Assembly: GCA_043822305.1 (NCBI GenBank)
Contig: JBDRBU010000027.1
Span: 1 to 29,473, forward strand
Origin: Candidatus Firestoneibacteriota bacterium
GTDB taxonomy: Bacteria > Oederibacteriota > D2-FULL-39-29 > JBDRBU01
Direction: 5' to 3'
Length of the DNA: 29,473 nt
Part shown: piece after piece, positions 26,971-29,473 of the stretch
How positions within the stretch are numbered: position 1 is the stretch's first letter
Layout: every line of letters starts with the position of its first letter
Translations under genes and position numbers: made by a program
Notes under the pieces: generated by a model
Seen by the model: the letters and a program-made list of their open reading frames with translations, nothing else
Databases searched by the model: none
What the model was told of the DNA's origin: nothing

Positions 26971-27769
26971 ATGAGTGAAAATCATAACAAAATACAAAGT
27001 GATAAATGTGTTGCTTTTGTCCATCATAAAGGTGGGACAGGGAAAACAACCTCCTGCTTGAATATTGCTGGCTGGTTAGTTAAGATGAATAAAAAAGTAT
27101 TAGTTGTTGATCTGGATGCTCAGGGAAATGCTACAGCCGGTTTGGGCCTAGATAGAAAGACGATAGATGGTTCAATCTATGATGTAATTTTTAATAAAAA
27201 GAATATAAAAAAAATTATTTTAGAAACACCTTCGGGTGTTTATCTTGCTCCTTCATCTTTAGATTTGTTAAAGGCAGAGATGTGTCTTGGCGATCAGGAA
27301 ATTAGGATGGATTTATTAAATAAAAAAATTAAACGCTATAGAAAAATATTTTGATTACATTCTTATGGATGTGCCACCGGGTTCAACATTTTTTATGAGG
27401 ACAGGAATTGTTACTTGCAAAAATGTAATTGTACCCTTAGATGTGGGTGTGTTTGCCTACGAGACTCTTGAAACACTTAACAAATTAATTATAGACCTTA
27501 ATCAGGAATTTAAAATTAAAAGCAATTTAATGATGGTGTTATTAAAGTCCAATTTTAGTAAATATCAGGCTAAAGAGATTGAAGAATTGGTAAAAAATTT
27601 TTTAGTTAATAATAATCTGCCCATGGTGAAAATATTTACCGTACCATTTTCACGAAAGATTTATGAATCGCAAATGCAAGGTTTACCAATTTCTCATTAC
27701 GCACCGCATGCAAATATAGGAAAAGTGTACGAGAGAATAACAAAAGAATTATTGAATTATACAATGTGA
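26971..27769 (+). pseudogene. ParA/Soj family ATPase split by a frameshift in an A7 run (27322-27328)
   Basis: KGGTGKTT and DLDAQGNAT in the first ORF; removing one A gives ...NKKLNAIEKYFDYILMDVPPG, joining the second ORF. Confidence 0.85.
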
Positions 27770-27822
27770 AAGTGTATAATAAGGTAACTAGTCAGTGAAA
27801 GCCGTGAGGATTATATTTCCGT

Positions 27823-27981
27823 ATTCCCCCTTTGTTAAGGGGGATCAAGGGGGTTGTTGTTATGAATGTTTATTATAATCCAAAATTGAAATTTCGTGTA
27901 AGAGAACTTAACCATAAAATATTGTTTAGCACTGAAACTTGTAATTAAACAACCCCCTAACCCCCTTTATTAAGGGGGAAT
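27823..27981. mobile_element. Inverted pair of CCCCCTT..AAGGGGG palindromes enclosing a 28-codon DUF559-like endonuclease remnant (27862-27948)
   Basis: Left copy 27823-27858, right inverted copy 27948-27981; inner ORF MNVYYNPKLKFRVREL... Confidence 0.6.
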
Positions 27982-28367
27982 TAAAAGGACAAAATGAACG
28001 AATTTTAGTTGTGGAAGACGAGAAAGGTATCCGTGAATTTATAGTGGAAGTGCTTCGTAAAAATGGTTATAGAGTAGTCTCAGCGTCAAATGTAAAAGAA
28101 GCATTAGAAATATTTGAAAAAGAGAAAGGTAATTTTAATTTACTACTGACAGATGTTGTTTTACCTGATAGAACAGGAATATCGTTAGCCAATGAACTTA
28201 TTTCTAAAAATAATAAACTCTGCATTGTTGTTAGTAGTGGTTATCTAGATGATAAATCGCAAGGAGAAATTATTCATAAAAAGGGATGCCACTTCATACA
28301 GAAACCTTACGAATTAAAACAACTTCTTGAGATAATTAAGGAATCCTTAGAAAAAAGGAGCGAATAA
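27978..28367 (+). pseudogene. Receiver domain, apparently the C-terminal module of a hybrid histidine kinase lacking its 5' part
   Basis: ELKGQNERILVVEDE...LLLTDVVLP...SSGY...FIQKPY; in-frame stop at 27942 and no ATG/GTG before strand beta-1. Confidence 0.7.
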
Positions 28368-28378
28368 ATTCAGCCTGA

Positions 28379-29338
28379 ATGGATAAACATATGACTAAAC
28401 CCAAGATTCTGATTGCGGACGATGATATATCAATTAGAAATATGCTGTCAAGATATTTTGAAACGAGTGGATTTGAAGTAATTTTAGCCTCTAATGGTCT
28501 GGAAGCTATCGATATTGAGAAAGAGACAAAACCAGATTTGGTAATTTTAGATGTAGAGATGCCGGAAATGAATGGACTTGAATCCTGTCGTATGATTAGA
28601 GAAAAACGAAGTGGAATAAATTATATTCCTATAATATTTTTAAGTGGAGCGTCAGAAGAAAGCAGTATTATAAAAGGATTAGAATTAGGTGCAGATGATT
28701 ATATATGTAAACCTTTTGAACCACTTGAATTGTTAACCAGAATTAATAATTTATTGAAAATGAAAAATTTAATTGGTCAACTTGAATCACTTGAAAATAT
28801 GGTTTTTGCCCTTGTTAAATCAATTGAAGCCAGGGATTCTTATACAGCTACTCATTCTCATCATGTGTCTATTATCTCAAAAAATATTGGTAAGAAACTT
28901 GGACTTTCTGAAAAAGAAATAGAAATACTTAAAAAAGGTTCTTTATTACATGATGTGGGGAAGATTGGGATTTCTGATCAAATACTAAACAAGAAAGATA
29001 AACTCACTCTGGAAGAGTTTGCCCAGATTAAAAGACACCCTGTTTTGGGACAAGAGATTTGTTCTTATCTTAAATTAGACCCAAATGTGCATGCTATAAT
29101 TCATCATCATCATGAAAAATTAAATGGTAGTGGATATCCTGATAGATTAAAAGGAGATGAAATTAATAAACTTGTTAGAATTGTAACTGTAGCCGATATG
29201 TTTGATGCCTTAACGACTAATAGACCTTATCGTCTGGCCAAAAGTAATAGCGAAACAATTTCTATCTTAGAAAAAGAAACAGAAGAAGGCAAATTAGACA
29301 CATCTATTGTCGATTGTATAAAAGTAATATGTAAATAG
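28379..29338 (+). CDS. RpfG-type response regulator: receiver plus HD-GYP c-di-GMP phosphodiesterase
   Basis: ILIADDD, LDVEMP, KPF; EARDSYT..HS, LHDVGKIG, HHEKLNGSGYP, ADMFDALTTNRPYR. Confidence 0.93.
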   Translation: MDKHMTKPKILIADDDISIRNMLSRYFETSGFEVILASNGLEAIDIEKETKPDLVILDVEMPEMNGLESCRMIREKRSGINYIPIIFLSGASEESSIIKGLELGADDYICKPFEPLELLTRINNLLKMKNLIGQLESLENMVFALVKSIEARDSYTATHSHHVSIISKNIGKKLGLSEKEIEILKKGSLLHDVGKIGISDQILNKKDKLTLEEFAQIKRHPVLGQEICSYLKLDPNVHAIIHHHHEKLNGSGYPDRLKGDEINKLVRIVTVADMFDALTTNRPYRLAKSNSETISILEKETEEGKLDTSIVDCIKVICK

Positions 29339-29344
29339 GGACAG

Positions 29345-29473
29345 GGAACCTTCAATCTTCTAATGCAACACTAAATCTTGTATAATAAAGTACAAGAAGG
29401 AGGTTGCATATGAAGAACTATAAACGAATAAATATTAATGAACGAGAAGAACTCAGCCGCAATTTAGCAAAAG
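29345..29473 (+). mobile_element. Left end of an IS30-family insertion sequence (IRL 29345-29370)
   Basis: GGAACCTTCAATCTTCTAATGCAACA shares the TTCAAT.....AA.GCAACA pattern of IS30 ends; transposase start follows. Confidence 0.75.
29410..29473 (+). CDS. IS30-family transposase, N-terminus (runs off the window)
   Basis: AGGAGG SD, then MKNYKRININEREELSRNLAK, like the Y.RL...ERE.I...L HTH start of IS30 transposases. Confidence 0.75.
   Translation, partial: MKNYKRININEREELSRNLAK

Overview
AT-rich bacterial chromosomal segment, probably from a diderm (six-domain RpsA, Omp85-type barrel protein). It is mostly a long minus-strand run of housekeeping and envelope genes: plsC-ispH-rpsA-sppA, then peptidase/PD40/Omp85, nadD-yqeK-LCP-rsfS-argS-DUF401-cutA-polX-queF, ECF sigma, anti-sigma and a coiled-coil membrane protein, and finally a RecB-like nuclease and rimO. 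An accessory islet interrupts this run (DUF4258/DUF2283 pair, type II R-M system with two MTases and a BsaWI-like REase, HNH remnant). The right end has tRNA-Arg(UCG), a frameshifted parA, a decapitated receiver domain, an HD-GYP response regulator and the left end of an IS30-family element. The most striking signal is a set of small GC-rich palindromic elements. One is a 30-bp hairpin unit bracketed by TTTAC, found as a 5-unit intergenic array and as a 2-unit in-frame insertion in polX; it cannot add a new stop codon in any frame. Another is a CCCCCTT..AAGGGGG palindrome family that flanks a DUF559-like endonuclease remnant and marks a gene truncation. Family assignments come from motif recognition, not database searches.
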